IMG/VR virus record: IMGVR_UViG_3300035661_000038
Span: 1 to 64,000 of that record
From: a virus
Length of the DNA: 64,000 nucleotides
Direction: 5' to 3' (one strand)
The notes below the pieces were generated by a model that searched no databases, had not been told where the DNA came from, and saw nothing but the letters and a program-made list of their open reading frames with translations. Both the position numbers and the translations under genes were made by a program. Shown here piece by piece: positions 55,951 to 64,000 of this stretch (positions are counted from its first letter, which is position 1; every line of letters starts with the position of its first letter).

Positions 55951-56547
55951 TCACTCAGCAGCATCGTCCTCACGCGCAGCTACCCGCGCCGCGAGCTCTA
56001 CCGGCGCCACCGCCAATGCGTCGTAGGCGCGCGCCTTGGCGTCGCGCTCCGCGTCCTCGCGAAGAAGCGCCTGGATCTCGTCCTCGCTCATCTCGCCGAG
56101 CACCGCCGTGACCGACTGCGCGATGGCGACCGCCGCTTTGACCTCGACCTGCTGCGGGGCGAGATCGCCAGCGATCTCAGCGGAGAGCTTCTCCAGCGTC
56201 GCCACCGCACTCCACTTCTTCTCCGCTGTCGCCTTCTGGATCTGCGTCTGGATGCGACGCAACCGCCGCTCTTTGCGCAGCCCCAAGGCCATCTCACCCT
56301 CGCGGATCCACACCGTGTGGATCCGCTGAATGAGCGTATCGACGCGCGACTTGGTGATGCGGTAGCCGATGCCACCCGCCTGCGGATCTCGCTCCGAGAG
56401 GCGCGCGATCGTCGAGGCGTCGAGCCCCTGGACGTACAGCTGCTCGACCCACGCGCGTTGCGCGCGAGCCTCCGCGGCGGTGAACTTTTTCCGCGCGTAG
56501 GCCCGTTTTTTCTGCGGCTGCGGAGGGCGAATGGGGGTTCGCGGCAT
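55951..56547 (-). CDS. Putative terminase small subunit (HTH)
   Basis: LYVQGLDASTIA HTH-like segment, MSEDEIQAL tail, upstream of terL. Confidence 0.55.
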   Translation of the reverse strand: MPRTPIRPPQPQKKRAYARKKFTAAEARAQRAWVEQLYVQGLDASTIARLSERDPQAGGIGYRITKSRVDTLIQRIHTVWIREGEMALGLRKERRLRRIQTQIQKATAEKKWSAVATLEKLSAEIAGDLAPQQVEVKAAVAIAQSVTAVLGEMSEDEIQALLREDAERDAKARAYDALAVAPVELAARVAAREDDAAE

Positions 56548-56719
56548 GTTACTTTTTTTTTTATAGGAGCACGTGCATCTGTGCGGCGTCGAGCGCACGT
56601 CGAGGTTGAACGCTGCCGCACGGGGCGCATCGCCACGGAGCACGAGAGGCTCTCGGCGAGATCGTCGTCGAACCGATCGAGCTTGCGCTTCGACAGCCGC
56701 TCCTGTCGCTCCAGGTCCT

Positions 56720-56980
56720 TCACGCGCGAGTCGATGCCTTCGTGAGCCGCGCGACGACTCGCGGCACGCTCCGCTCCGCTTCATCGGGGCTCGCCGCGTA
56801 GATGCAGATCGCCCGGGTCGGCGAGACAGTGAGGAAGTGCTGCATCAGGCGCGTCGCCTCACCCGAGGGGGCAACGCGGATGTAGTGGGGCGGGAGGCGT
56901 CGACCGCCCAGGTACGGGTGAAGGTGGAGCTCGCCTGTCGAGAGCACCACGACCGCGCCGACCACCTCGATCCGACTCAT
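56720..56980 (-). CDS. Hypothetical protein
   Basis: 86 aa; ATGA overlap. Confidence 0.55.
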   Translation of the reverse strand: MSRIEVVGAVVVLSTGELHLHPYLGGRRLPPHYIRVAPSGEATRLMQHFLTVSPTRAICIYAASPDEAERSVPRVVARLTKASTRA

Positions 56981-57357
56981 CGGGGGAGCTCCCGCCTCGG
57001 GTCGCGACCAAAAGGCGCTTTTTGGTCGTCGGCGAGGAGCCCTCCAGAGGCGCTAGGAAGCGCCGGGGAGTCCGGACGGGTAGACGGACGTCCGGCGCCC
57101 GAAAACGCCTCCACGTGCCCAAAGAACGCCGCGGCGGCGGCGTCGTGCTCCACGGCCGCAATTCGGTAAGCCTCTGCCCGCCCAAGCACCCGGTAGCGCG
57201 CCATCTGCTCCGAGCGAATCACCCGCATCCACTGCTCGCGGCGCGCGTCGGCGCAGAGCTCGGCGCGCATCGAGGCGCTCAGGAACCAATCCGACGCCAC
57301 GAGGACATTCGACGTCACCGAGACCATCGCCAACACGACCAACCAACCCGGGATCAT
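56977..57357 (-). CDS. Hypothetical membrane protein; 3' end probably read-through
   Basis: MIPGWLVVLAMVSV. Confidence 0.45.
   Translation of the reverse strand: MIPGWLVVLAMVSVTSNVLVASDWFLSASMRAELCADARREQWMRVIRSEQMARYRVLGRAEAYRIAAVEHDAAAAAFFGHVEAFSGAGRPSTRPDSPALPSASGGLLADDQKAPFGRDPRRELPR
57006..57027. repeat. 22-bp dispersed palindrome, copy 12 (core GGCGCT)
   Basis: 26 bp upstream of the ATG at 56980. Confidence 0.95.
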
Positions 57358-57716
57358 CGTCGCAACCTCTACCGCGACCACGCGCCCGAGCTCACCGCCG
57401 CGCGCATCGCGTCCTTCGCCATCTCCACGACGCACTCGTCCCATAGCTTCCCGCGAAGCGCGCGCACGAATCGCGCATCCACGCTCCACTCCCCCTCGAC
57501 GCGGGCAGCGTGCGGCAGGTCCACGAGCCTCACTCTCACGCGCACCCGCCGCCGCCCTTCGCGTGCCGCCCCGAGCTCCCACCGGAGCACCGACCGGGAC
57601 AACCTCACCTCGCCGCGCTCAACGTCCATCCACCGTCGATGCCGCGGAAACCGCTTCGAAACCACACGAGCAATCGAGCGCCGTCTGCGCGTTGCGCACG
57701 TGGAGCTCGTAGTCGT

Positions 57717-58274
57717 TCACGACGCGCCGCCCTTCGCGCGCGCGAGCTCGTCGCGCTTGGCGATTGCGGCCGCCTCACTCTGGACGCGCTGCTGCTTCTG
57801 CCAGAGCACCGCCGCCTCTTCGCCCTTCGTGTCGACGATGTCCTCATAAGCGTTCACGTGATCGAGGCACGCGCGAAGCGACGGACAGAACGCCGCGCGT
57901 CGTGGGAACCCCGGACCCTTGCGGAACCACGCCACGCACACGAGGTCGGCGAGCGGGCCGGGCGCGCCGATGGCGATTTGGATGCCGGCGCCGACGCGAT
58001 CGCGCGTGCGAATGAAGTAGTGGTCGACATCCTCGCGGTGTTGGTCGATGAGGTGGTCGAGCTCGCGCGGCAGCCCGGTGCCCGGGATCGCCGCGTCCAC
58101 GTCGTCGCCCTTCACGCGCGCCGGCGAGCTCGTCCCACGCACGTCGAGCGAGCCGTCAGCGCGCGCCGTCAGCGTGTAGCCCCCGGGCACGTCAGTCACA
58201 TCCACGATCCCACCAGACGGGTCACGCACCGCCGGAGCATCCTCGTTCATCGCTTTCATCGGAATTCTGGCCAT
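57717..58274 (-). CDS. Hypothetical protein
   Basis: 185 aa, GGGAG RBS. Confidence 0.7.
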   Translation of the reverse strand: MARIPMKAMNEDAPAVRDPSGGIVDVTDVPGGYTLTARADGSLDVRGTSSPARVKGDDVDAAIPGTGLPRELDHLIDQHREDVDHYFIRTRDRVGAGIQIAIGAPGPLADLVCVAWFRKGPGFPRRAAFCPSLRACLDHVNAYEDIVDTKGEEAAVLWQKQQRVQSEAAAIAKRDELARAKGGAS

Positions 58275-58286
58275 CGGTCTCTCCCT

Positions 58287-58511
58287 TCAACAGAACCGGC
58301 GCTTGAACCCTTGCGAGCGCCGACGTTTGGCGCGCTGGCGCGCCTTGATGTGGTGACGGGCGATGTGCCCGCCGGGTCCTTGGTCGTCACCGACGACGCG
58401 GTAGACAGCGCGCGCCGGGTGGCGCTCACACGCAATCGCATAAGCGTCGGCGTACGTCGCCGCCGCGATGGTGTCGCGCATGCCGTCAGTGAACTCGACA
58501 CGCCAGATCAT
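58287..58511 (-). CDS. Small hypothetical protein
   Basis: MIWRVEFTDG, GGAGG RBS. Confidence 0.6.
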   Translation of the reverse strand: MIWRVEFTDGMRDTIAAATYADAYAIACERHPARAVYRVVGDDQGPGGHIARHHIKARQRAKRRRSQGFKRRFC

Positions 58512-58726
58512 CGCCCCCTCCGTCGCGCGAACGCCGCATCGCTCTCGCCGACGAAACGCCGGTTGGCCTTGTCGACGCACTTGAAGCCGATGGCGCCGGC
58601 GAGGAGCGCGGCACGATACGACTGCCGGGCGCCGTACCGCCGCTCGTCTGCGCGACCAGCGATGTAGCCAAATACGAGGCAGAGGAACGCGATCCCGATC
58701 CACACGATCTCAACGAGCTCGGCCAT
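58508..58726 (-). CDS. Small membrane protein
   Basis: IVWIGIAFLCLVFGYIAG. Confidence 0.55.
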   Translation of the reverse strand: MAELVEIVWIGIAFLCLVFGYIAGRADERRYGARQSYRAALLAGAIGFKCVDKANRRFVGESDAAFARRRGR

Positions 58727-60261
58727 CACAACACCCCGCGCACGAGATAGAGCGAGCGCTGGGCGCGCGTCGCCGCGACATAGGCCAGATTCTCCTCCTG
58801 GCCACCGCGCCCGGGGCGGTACGTGTCCCAAAGAAGCCACGCGCGCCCGCGCTCCAAACCCTTCGCCTTATGCGTCGACGAGAGAGTGATACGGGCGCTC
58901 TCATCGTTATCGTCGAAAAGGCGCGTGATCCGCACGTCGACCTCCGAGAGCGTCCGCGCACCCTCCGAGAGCGCGTGGAGACATGCCGCGCGATCCTCCA
59001 CCGGCTCGACCTCACCCGGCGGGTCCATCCGCGCGAGCCGCAGCCGCTCCGACAACAACCACTCGTCGACGATGACCCGAAAGCGCTCGACGCCGCGCGG
59101 GTCGTTCAGGTCGACGCCGCACCGACGCACGAAGTTGGAAAGGCTTGCCCCGACGTCACGCCCAAGGACGACAGCGCGACGTCCCTCGCGGAGGAACCCG
59201 AGGCACAGCCGCATCAGCGGTGCGTTGGTCCGCGAGAGAATGAAGTCACCGGGCGAGGCTGTGCGAAGCAACGTCGCTTCGTCGACATCGTGAGCAACCT
59301 CACCGAGCGGCGCGCCCGGAAAGGATTCGAGATCGGGCACCCACTGGCGCGCAAAGTCGACGATACGGCTGCCGCAGCGGTAGCAAACCGACAGCGGCAG
59401 CGTCCGCGCGGCGAGACGCGACGTGAGCTTGGCCATCGAAGCGCTGTCCGCGCCACGGAATGCATAGATGGCCTGGCGCGAGTCGCCGACAACGCAGATC
59501 CGCCCCGCCAGCGTCACCGCCCCGAGCACCAGCTTGGCCTGCGCCGGCGTGAGATCCTGGGCCTCGTCGACCAGCACCCGGTCGTACGTCTTCCCCCGGA
59601 GCCCAAGCACGACGGGGAGCCACACCTGGTCATCGAAGTCGACGACGCCCTGAGTGAGGTCGCGCGCCGCCGCCATCACTGCGAGCACGTCCCGCGCGTA
59701 CTCGGCGCGGTTCGCGTGCGGAACGTCGACCCCGTACGCGTCGACGACTCGGTTCACTTCGTCAGCCGTCTCAGCGAGCGTCGCCTTGGCGAACTTCACC
59801 CCCTGGACGACGGCGTGACGGCGCTCGTAAGTGCCCGGCGCGTTCTTGTAGAGGTCACGCGCGAGCTTGGACGCGCGATCGCGGTCCACCTCGAACTTGC
59901 GACCGAACGCGCGCATCAGCGTCCGAAACCCGTACGAGTTGAGCCCGAGGACATCGGCCGAGCGCGGCGCCTGGCGCTTGAGCTCGTCAGTGATGCGCGT
60001 GTTGAACGCCGTGAGCAGCGTCTCATCGCGCCGAGTGCGCTGCGTGATCTCGACGATCGTCTTTGTCTTGCCCGAACCCGCGCGCGCCTCGACGACGGTG
60101 TGACCGTCGCCGCTCGTCGCGTCGGTGAAGATCGCCTCTTGGTAGGAGCTCCAGCGCCACGACTTCGACGCCTCGGGTGCGCGCGCCGGCACGCCCTCCA
60201 ACCAGTCGTCGATCGACCCCTGAGAGGCTTGGGCCTCGGGGGACCACGGGACGCGCGCCAT
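58726..60261 (-). CDS. UvrD/Rep-like SF1 helicase
   Basis: ARAGSGKT, VDEAQD, GDSRQAIYAFRGA, HKAKGLE, YVAATRA. Confidence 0.92.
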   Translation of the reverse strand: MARVPWSPEAQASQGSIDDWLEGVPARAPEASKSWRWSSYQEAIFTDATSGDGHTVVEARAGSGKTKTIVEITQRTRRDETLLTAFNTRITDELKRQAPRSADVLGLNSYGFRTLMRAFGRKFEVDRDRASKLARDLYKNAPGTYERRHAVVQGVKFAKATLAETADEVNRVVDAYGVDVPHANRAEYARDVLAVMAAARDLTQGVVDFDDQVWLPVVLGLRGKTYDRVLVDEAQDLTPAQAKLVLGAVTLAGRICVVGDSRQAIYAFRGADSASMAKLTSRLAARTLPLSVCYRCGSRIVDFARQWVPDLESFPGAPLGEVAHDVDEATLLRTASPGDFILSRTNAPLMRLCLGFLREGRRAVVLGRDVGASLSNFVRRCGVDLNDPRGVERFRVIVDEWLLSERLRLARMDPPGEVEPVEDRAACLHALSEGARTLSEVDVRITRLFDDNDESARITLSSTHKAKGLERGRAWLLWDTYRPGRGGQEENLAYVAATRAQRSLYLVRGVL

Positions 60262-60428
60262 CACTCCCACCTATCCAGGTCAACGATTGAGACGACGCCG
60301 CACGCCTGGTCGGCAGCGTCGCACCTTATGACCTTGGCCGAGCGCGCACGGTCGCAAAACTCGTCGTGCCAGTCGTCATCGAGCTGCGGTGCCGTCGTCA
60401 ACGCGGCCACGAGGGGATGCTGGTCCAT
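60261..60428 (-). CDS. Small hypothetical protein (55 aa, not in the ORF track)
   Basis: AAGGAG RBS, MDQHPLV..DRWE*, TGATG coupling to the helicase. Confidence 0.5.
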   Translation of the reverse strand: MDQHPLVAALTTAPQLDDDWHDEFCDRARSAKVIRCDAADQACGVVSIVDLDRWE

Positions 60429-60464
60429 CGGGTCTCTCCTTGGTTCAGGTTCAAGTCACACCAG

Positions 60465-60555
60465 TGCCCCCATGAGGAGTCGAACCTCATGCACCAAGCC
60501 ACGCGCGCGAAACGACCAGAAAGCGCGAGACGACTCGGAGAACCGCTCAGGGGCA
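60465..60555 (-). ncRNA. tRNA-like structure (acceptor stem + T-arm + long central stem, no D stem)
   Basis: TGCCCCT/GGGGGCA stem; ATGAGG-TTCGACT-CCTCAT arm; CCGAGTCG/TGGCTTGG stem. Confidence 0.5.
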
Positions 60556-60593
60556 ATCGAGGAGCGCGCGACGGCGCGCTCCTCAGGGAGCTC

Positions 60594-62267
60594 TCAGCCC
60601 TCGAATGGCATCCAGGGGAGCGGCGCCGGCTTGGCGTTGCGGCGACCGTAGAGGAGCTGCCCCGCGGCGCGCTGGATGTCGTCCTCGGCCCACGGGTCCT
60701 GGTTGACCTCGTGCGCGTAACGAGTGAACGCGTTCACGACGGCGGCGCGCGTCGGACCCGCGGCGGCGGAAGTGTCCTTCGCCCACATCTCCATCAGCTT
60801 CGGCACGACCACTGCCGAGCGGCCGCGTACGGGCACGAGCTCGCGCTCGACGATCGCGGAGAAGAGACCGGGCAGCGCATCCTCGACGCGGATCGGCATG
60901 TCCGGGTTCTGCGCGCGCGCCTCTTCGACGACGTTGTCCGAGACCGCGTACCCCCATGCGCGCTGGAAGTGCTCGATCTTGCCGAGCGCCGCGCGGAACC
61001 CCTGACGAAACTTCGCCACCATCGCCGCGACCGAGCCGACGTGGCGAATGCGGAACAGGTCCTGCGTCGCCTGGTCGATGACAATAAGGTTCAAGCAGAG
61101 GTTCTGAAAGACGACCGCGGATCCGCGGAGCGAGCCGCCGCCGGTGTCGTCAGTGCGCACGACGACGCCGGCCTTGAAGAACTCGCCGGCCACGTACTTC
61201 TCCGGCCGGATGTTCGAATGAAACATCACCTCGAACTTGGCGCGGTTGCCGTCGTAGTCGACCGTCCCGCGAGCGTCGGCGGGCGCGGCGATCGCGAGCG
61301 CCTCCGCGATTCGGTCGACGTCGAACGCGCTGTACGACGGCGACACGACACCGAAGACCTCGCGCCCCGAAGCACCGTTGCGCGTGCGGAACTTGAGCAT
61401 GTCGACCTCAAAATCCTCGCGCCGGTGCGAAGGACGCTTGGCCTGCTCCGCAGCGTGCAGCGCACGGCGCGCGTCCTCGTCATCGGCGAGCGCCTCCAGC
61501 CACGCGTTGACATTGTGACGGCGAAGCTCGGGCCAGCACTTCGCAAGATACGCCGCACCGCCGAACCCGAGCCGCGAGCACAGCCCATCGAACGCCGCCC
61601 GCGCGAGGACGTAACGCCGCTCCGTCTTGCAGTCGACCAGCGAGCCGTCGACGTCCATCGACAGGTCGTGCGTCGCCACGAGCTCGTCAGATCGATGCTC
61701 GGCGGTGATGCGATCGACGAACTCGCCGCAATACTCGCGGACGAGCGGCTTGGCGTCGTGCTCGACGCGCGAACGGCGCGCCTTGTCGACACCCGCCCGC
61801 ACGACCATCGTCCCGCGGGCGAAGTGCGGCTGTTCCGGGGCGAAGCCGGCCTTCTCAGCGGCAAGCAGATCCGCGCCCGAGCGGAGCGCGCCTTCGAGAT
61901 CGACGCTCTGACCGCGGATGGCCGCGGAGGCGACGAGGGTGGGGCGCGCGAGCGTCGCGACGGCTCGGGCGGGGGTTTCGATGGGGACGACGCTCGGGAC
62001 GCTCGGCGAAGCGACGGCGGTCTGGACGGTGGCGCTCGCCATGACGTCAGCAGAGGTGAGGACCTTCGGCACGCCCGCGCCGGGGTGGCGCGAGACAAGC
62101 TCGTCGCATGCCCGCTCCCAGTCCGCCGGCTCGACCACGATCGATTCGCCGGCGAGCGAGACGCACACGAGGGGACGCGAGGCATCAGCGCCAGCGAAGG
62201 CTTCGATCGGGAAGCGCTCAAACGCAGGAATGGAGGCGTCGGCAGAAGTGAACGGAATACGGGGCAT
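60594..62267 (-). CDS. DUF932-like protein with N-terminal extension
   Basis: FGVVSPSYSAFD..GVVVRTDDTGGGSL..LCLN..IRHVG..VVNAFT. Confidence 0.7.
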   Translation of the reverse strand: MPRIPFTSADASIPAFERFPIEAFAGADASRPLVCVSLAGESIVVEPADWERACDELVSRHPGAGVPKVLTSADVMASATVQTAVASPSVPSVVPIETPARAVATLARPTLVASAAIRGQSVDLEGALRSGADLLAAEKAGFAPEQPHFARGTMVVRAGVDKARRSRVEHDAKPLVREYCGEFVDRITAEHRSDELVATHDLSMDVDGSLVDCKTERRYVLARAAFDGLCSRLGFGGAAYLAKCWPELRRHNVNAWLEALADDEDARRALHAAEQAKRPSHRREDFEVDMLKFRTRNGASGREVFGVVSPSYSAFDVDRIAEALAIAAPADARGTVDYDGNRAKFEVMFHSNIRPEKYVAGEFFKAGVVVRTDDTGGGSLRGSAVVFQNLCLNLIVIDQATQDLFRIRHVGSVAAMVAKFRQGFRAALGKIEHFQRAWGYAVSDNVVEEARAQNPDMPIRVEDALPGLFSAIVERELVPVRGRSAVVVPKLMEMWAKDTSAAAGPTRAAVVNAFTRYAHEVNQDPWAEDDIQRAAGQLLYGRRNAKPAPLPWMPFEG

Positions 62268-62297
62268 TGATCTCTCCCGGTTGGGGTCGGGGATCGC

Positions 62298-62319
62298 GAC
62301 CAAAAAGCACCTTTTGGTC
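62298..62319. repeat. 22-bp dispersed palindrome, copy 13 (core AGCACC)
   Basis: Upstream of the DUF932 RBS. Confidence 0.95.
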
Positions 62320-62356
62320 GTCGAAGCGCCGCGCGGGGCTCGTCTCGATGCCGCGC

Positions 62357-62574
62357 TCAGCCCTTCGTCCTCGGATCGCGGACGTACGACTACGCCTCGA
62401 CCGGCGTCGCGCAGAGCGAGCCGAGCACGATACGGCCATCGTCCCAGTACTCGATCTCTCCCTCGACTCCGATGTACGAGGCAGCACTCGCAAGCACGGC
62501 CTCGACGTCATCGCTCGTCGCATCGCCTCACGCAGATACGCACCGTTCGTCGTCTTGATCGCGTAGGTCGTCAT
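62357..62574 (-). pseudogene. Frameshifted small gene behind repeat copy B
   Basis: MTTYAIKTTNGAYL, then protein-like GDATSDDVEAVLASAASYIGVEGEIEYWDDGRIVLG in another frame. Confidence 0.5.
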
Positions 62575-62678
62575 CGTCGTCTCTCCTTGCCCCCTCGGGG
62601 GCCGTCGTCAGCGTCCGTCGCTGACAAGAGAGAGTCTCCGCGATCGCGCGGAAGAATGCAAACTTTTTTTTTCACCCG
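62546..62678 (-). repeat. Direct repeat copy B (promoter at 62633-62672)
   Basis: Matches 1-134. Confidence 0.95.
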
Positions 62679-62928
62679 CGTTTCAGCGGGTCAACGTGAA
62701 GATGCGCGACGCCGAACGCGTGGACATGACGACGAACCTGACCCGAGTAGCAGACCACGAGATGCGTTGTGCCGCAGCGCTCGCAAAAAAAGCTCGACGC
62801 GCTGCGGGAACCATTCGCCGCTCTCGTCGGCGCGCCGCCGCTCCCATCGCGCGAGGACGTGCGGCGCGAACACCGGTCGCTCAGTGACGTGAGTGTCGGT
62901 CTCGTCGTCGCGCGACATCCGAACCACG

Positions 62929-63246
62929 TCACGACCTCCGCTGCGCCACGCGTCGATCGAGGCGCGGCCAAAGCAACCACCTCACGACGTATCGCGAGCC
63001 GCCACGACCAATGCGGTGCACCGAGAACACCTTCCACACGTGGCAATGCGTCGGCGAACGCAACGTTGCGATCGCGAGTCGAAACCACCGCGGCACCGCT
63101 TGGCCGTGGTCGACCTCGACGAAGAACACGCCGAACTGCTTGAGCGACCGACGAAACCGCCGCACGAGCCACGCCGCCGCGCGCGGGCCATGGGCGAGCG
63201 CGAGGAACGCATCGAGCTCGCGCGAGGTCGACGAAATGCCCTCCAT
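62929..63246 (-). CDS. Hypothetical protein
   Basis: 105 aa, TGATG coupling. Confidence 0.55.
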   Translation of the reverse strand: MEGISSTSRELDAFLALAHGPRAAAWLVRRFRRSLKQFGVFFVEVDHGQAVPRWFRLAIATLRSPTHCHVWKVFSVHRIGRGGSRYVVRWLLWPRLDRRVAQRRS

Positions 63247-63560
63247 CAGCCCGGCGCCCCCGACGCGGCCGCGAGCGACCTGCGAAGCGTCTTGATTTCG
63301 TGCTCCTGGGTCGCGATGACATCTTCGCGTTCGAGAAGCTCGTCACGCGCGTCCTTGAGTTGTCGTTCGAGCTCCACCACGCGTGCGCTGTGCCGCGCGC
63401 TGATCTCATTCGTCTCAGTCCACGCCGCCTTCAAACGCGCGATCTCCACGTCACGCGACTTGATCGCCACCTCTGCCTCACGCGCCTGCTCCGCGAGCGT
63501 CGCGCCGTAAAGCTGGACCACCGCGGCGAGCGCGTTGTGCACGTCGACCGCGCGACTCAT
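63246..63560 (-). CDS. Coiled-coil protein
   Basis: 104 aa, GGAGG RBS. Confidence 0.65.
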   Translation of the reverse strand: MSRAVDVHNALAAVVQLYGATLAEQAREAEVAIKSRDVEIARLKAAWTETNEISARHSARVVELERQLKDARDELLEREDVIATQEHEIKTLRRSLAAASGAPG

Positions 63561-63913
63561 CGCGTCCTCCGCGCCGCCTTGGTGGCCGTGACGCGCGCAC
63601 CCTCCGCGCGTCCGATCTGGAGTCCGCGCTCGTACCCCGCCGCATCGCCCGCGGCGTAGCCGGCGTCGTACGCCTGACGAATGATCGTTTCTGCATGCGC
63701 GCGGTCGCGCTCGTACGACGTCTGCGTGGTGCGCTCGACGATGATGACCCCGACACCCGCCGCTTCGGGCGCCGAGTCATCGCGCAGCTTCACGTCCAGG
63801 TAACGCTCGCCGTACCGAGCGCGCGCCCACTGCACCGCATCGTACGCGCTCGGCGCATCAGCGAAGACCGGCGCATCGCAGCTCTCACCCTTGAGATAGA
63901 TCTCGAAAATCAT
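63557..63913 (-). CDS. Hypothetical protein
   Basis: 118 aa, GAGGTG RBS, AYDAGYAAG motif. Confidence 0.65.
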   Translation of the reverse strand: MIFEIYLKGESCDAPVFADAPSAYDAVQWARARYGERYLDVKLRDDSAPEAAGVGVIIVERTTQTSYERDRAHAETIIRQAYDAGYAAGDAAGYERGLQIGRAEGARVTATKAARRTR

Positions 63914-64000
63914 CCGATCACCTCATTGCCGTTCGGGCCAGCGATGACATTGGCCTGGTAACGAAGCGCCGCCGCAATCATCGCCGGCCCGATGTCCTCA

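Noticed and set aside
60465-60555. Canonical tRNA or tmRNA gene
   Set aside because: No D stem, no 7-nt anticodon loop, no tag ORF and no CCA; kept only as a tRNA-like structure.
168-62319. The 22-bp palindromes as CRISPR repeats
   Set aside because: Copies are kilobases apart with whole genes between them; there are no 30-40 bp spacers and no cas genes.
1-62678. The 134-bp repeat as terminal redundancy marking a complete circular genome
   Set aside because: The sequences diverge after base 134/62678 and unique phage-like genes continue to 64000, so it is an internal repeat.

Overview
This window is most of a GC-rich tailed-phage (or prophage) genome with a contractile tail. Nearly all genes are on the - strand. 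Reading right to left: early genes (DUF932-like protein, UvrD-like helicase), TerS/TerL, an ~12 kb insert (ParB-N domain, nucleoside deoxyribosyltransferase-like protein, fibre/repeat proteins, papain-like protease, Cys-rich lipoprotein, GH25 and SLT-like lysins), then portal, head, neck, sheath/tube, frameshifted tail chaperone, tape measure, baseplate, fibre, holin-like genes and a replication module (SF2 helicase, DnaB, DnaG, two Fis-type HTH proteins). I recognised no integrase, repressor or DNA polymerase inside the window. The most striking unexplained signal is a 22-bp palindrome, GACCAAAA-RGYRCY-TTTTGGTC, found 13 times across the whole genome, mostly at or just after stop codons. Other signals missed by the ORF track are a TAnnnT-N6/7-start (leaderless) architecture at 12 genes, a duplicated 134-bp promoter/leader/N-terminus cassette, a tRNA-like RNA fold, an ori-like repeat/hairpin locus, a frameshifted antisense lipoprotein gene next to the tail fibre and several gene remnants. 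Product calls rest on motifs recognised by eye and on synteny; no database search was run. A myxobacterial-type host is only a guess.
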